DNA from: Synechococcus sp.
GTDB lineage: Bacteria > Cyanobacteriota > Cyanobacteriia > Thermostichales > PCC-7336
Direction: 5' to 3'
Length of the DNA stretch: 50,340 nt
NCBI GenBank assembly: GCA_051439425.1
Contig: JBFRWD010000115.1
Span: forward strand, 1 to 50,340
The position numbers and the translations under genes are program-made. The notes below the pieces were generated by a model that saw only the letters and a program-made list of their open reading frames with translations, did no database searches and was not told the origin of the DNA. Position 1 is the stretch's first letter, and every line of letters begins with the position of its first letter. Positions 49,603 through 50,340 of the stretch are shown here, piece by piece.

Positions 49603-50139
49603 GTGAAACGAATTCTGATTGCTCTAGACAAATCTGAATTGAGCGAAGTGGTATTTGAGGAAGGGGTCGCATTGGCCGAGGCGATGGACGCACAGGTTAT
49701 GTTGCTGAACGTAACGTCTCTGTTTGAGGGGATGTCCTTAGGGGGCGATATGCCCAATCTGTCGTTGATTATGGAGCGGTCAGCGGAGTTACACCAGCTA
49801 GGGGTGGAGTTTCTCAAGTCGTTTGCCGATCGCACGTCAGAGGCGGTTCGTAAATATGCGGAACGAGCACCGCAGGCAGTAGTCGAAGAAGTTCAGTACA
49901 GCCATCAGTTTGGTGAGCCGGGAAAAACCATTTGCGAGATTGCTGAGAATTGGAATGCAGATGCGATCATCATCGGTCGGCGCGGTTTAGATGCCATTAA
50001 AGAATTACTGGTGGGGAGTGTCAGTAACTACGTAATGCATCATGCACCGTGCTCGGTGGTGATTGTCAACAACAGTAAGAACACACACAAGAAGGAGATA
50101 GCCAGAGACGCAGAGACAATAAGCGTCGCTGCGGATTAA
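49603..50139 (+). CDS. universal stress protein
   Basis: KRILIALD, GEPGKTICEIAENWNADAIIIGRRG...LVGSVSNYVMHHAPCSV. Confidence 0.93.
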   Translation: MKRILIALDKSELSEVVFEEGVALAEAMDAQVMLLNVTSLFEGMSLGGDMPNLSLIMERSAELHQLGVEFLKSFADRTSEAVRKYAERAPQAVVEEVQYSHQFGEPGKTICEIAENWNADAIIIGRRGLDAIKELLVGSVSNYVMHHAPCSVVIVNNSKNTHKKEIARDAETISVAAD

Positions 50140-50150
50140 ATCCGCAGCTT
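50128..50150 (+). terminator. stem-loop over the usp stop codon
   Basis: GCTGCGGAT-taa-ATCCGCAGC with only a weak T tract. Confidence 0.35.
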
Positions 50151-50215
50151 GTGGTTCACAGCTCGTCATCCTTTCAGGCTCAGCTTGATAGGAGCAATTA
50201 CCTGTACAGAAATAG

Positions 50216-50340
50216 ATTAGGGGTCGACGGAGCAGTTACCCGCTCCGCCTCCCATTCAAAACCGTGCATGCGAGTTTCCCAGCACACGGCTCCTCCTTAG
50301 TTAGCCAAAGTAGTAGGGCTAGCGACCCGAGTGGGGGGTC
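50216..50340 (-). mobile_element. 3' end of a group II intron (domains V and VI; IIB-like), continuing beyond the window
   Basis: Minus strand reads GAGGAGCCGTGTGCTGGGAAACTCGCATGCACGGTT (DV: AGC triad, GAAA loop), then TTGAATGGGAGGCGGAGCGG-GTAA-CTGCTCCGTCGACCCCTAAT (DVI with bulged A, ending in AY). Confidence 0.9.

Larger units (their letters stand above)
4111..49800. repeat. dispersed HIP1 octamers (GCGATCGC)
   Basis: Many copies, for example at about 4111, 4750, 4830, 5682, 6720, 8967, 10150, 16596, 17633 and 18720; established cyanobacterial signature; unevenly distributed. Confidence 0.9.

Noticed and set aside
50128..50216. Class IIC-type intron targeting of the usp hairpin
   Set aside because: The hairpin lies in the 3' flank about 68 nt away rather than just 5' of the intron, and DV has AGC rather than the IIC-type CGC

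Overview
Cyanobacterial chromosomal window, inferred from abundant HIP1 octamers (GCGATCGC), an ARTO-type oxidase operon, DUF1400 hydrolases and STRR-like heptamers. It is a patchwork of core and accessory genes. In order: an AT-rich FHA-PAS-GGDEF-EAL gene beside a decayed IS6; a secreted 12x(PCAA) Cys-repeat peptide followed by a frameshifted secreted HExxHxxGxxH protease; gloB; an M23 peptidase; an alkA-like glycosylase; a DUF1400 hydrolase; a membrane 4Fe-4S/cNMP protein; an MRJP-LysR-SDR-MATE-desaturase-2OG dioxygenase block; an LRR-Roc-COR-TIR (Roco) gene preceded by a perfect 21-bp inverted repeat and a tiny coiled-coil gene pair; a DUF2231x2-ctaCDE(II)-GMC operon; a second DUF1400 hydrolase; a Popeye-domain protein; a CadD-like transporter; gltS; divergent CRY-DASH and FeS-BCP photolyase genes; two orphan secreted proteins; an alpha carbonic anhydrase; an MshEN-like protein; exosortase O with its PEP-CTERM target; a Usp; and the 3' end (domains V-VI) of a group II intron at the right edge. 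The best candidates for undescribed biology are the Roco-TIR locus, the Cys-repeat peptide/protease pair, and the ARTO-linked DUF2231/GMC module. All calls come from reading motifs by eye; no searches were run.
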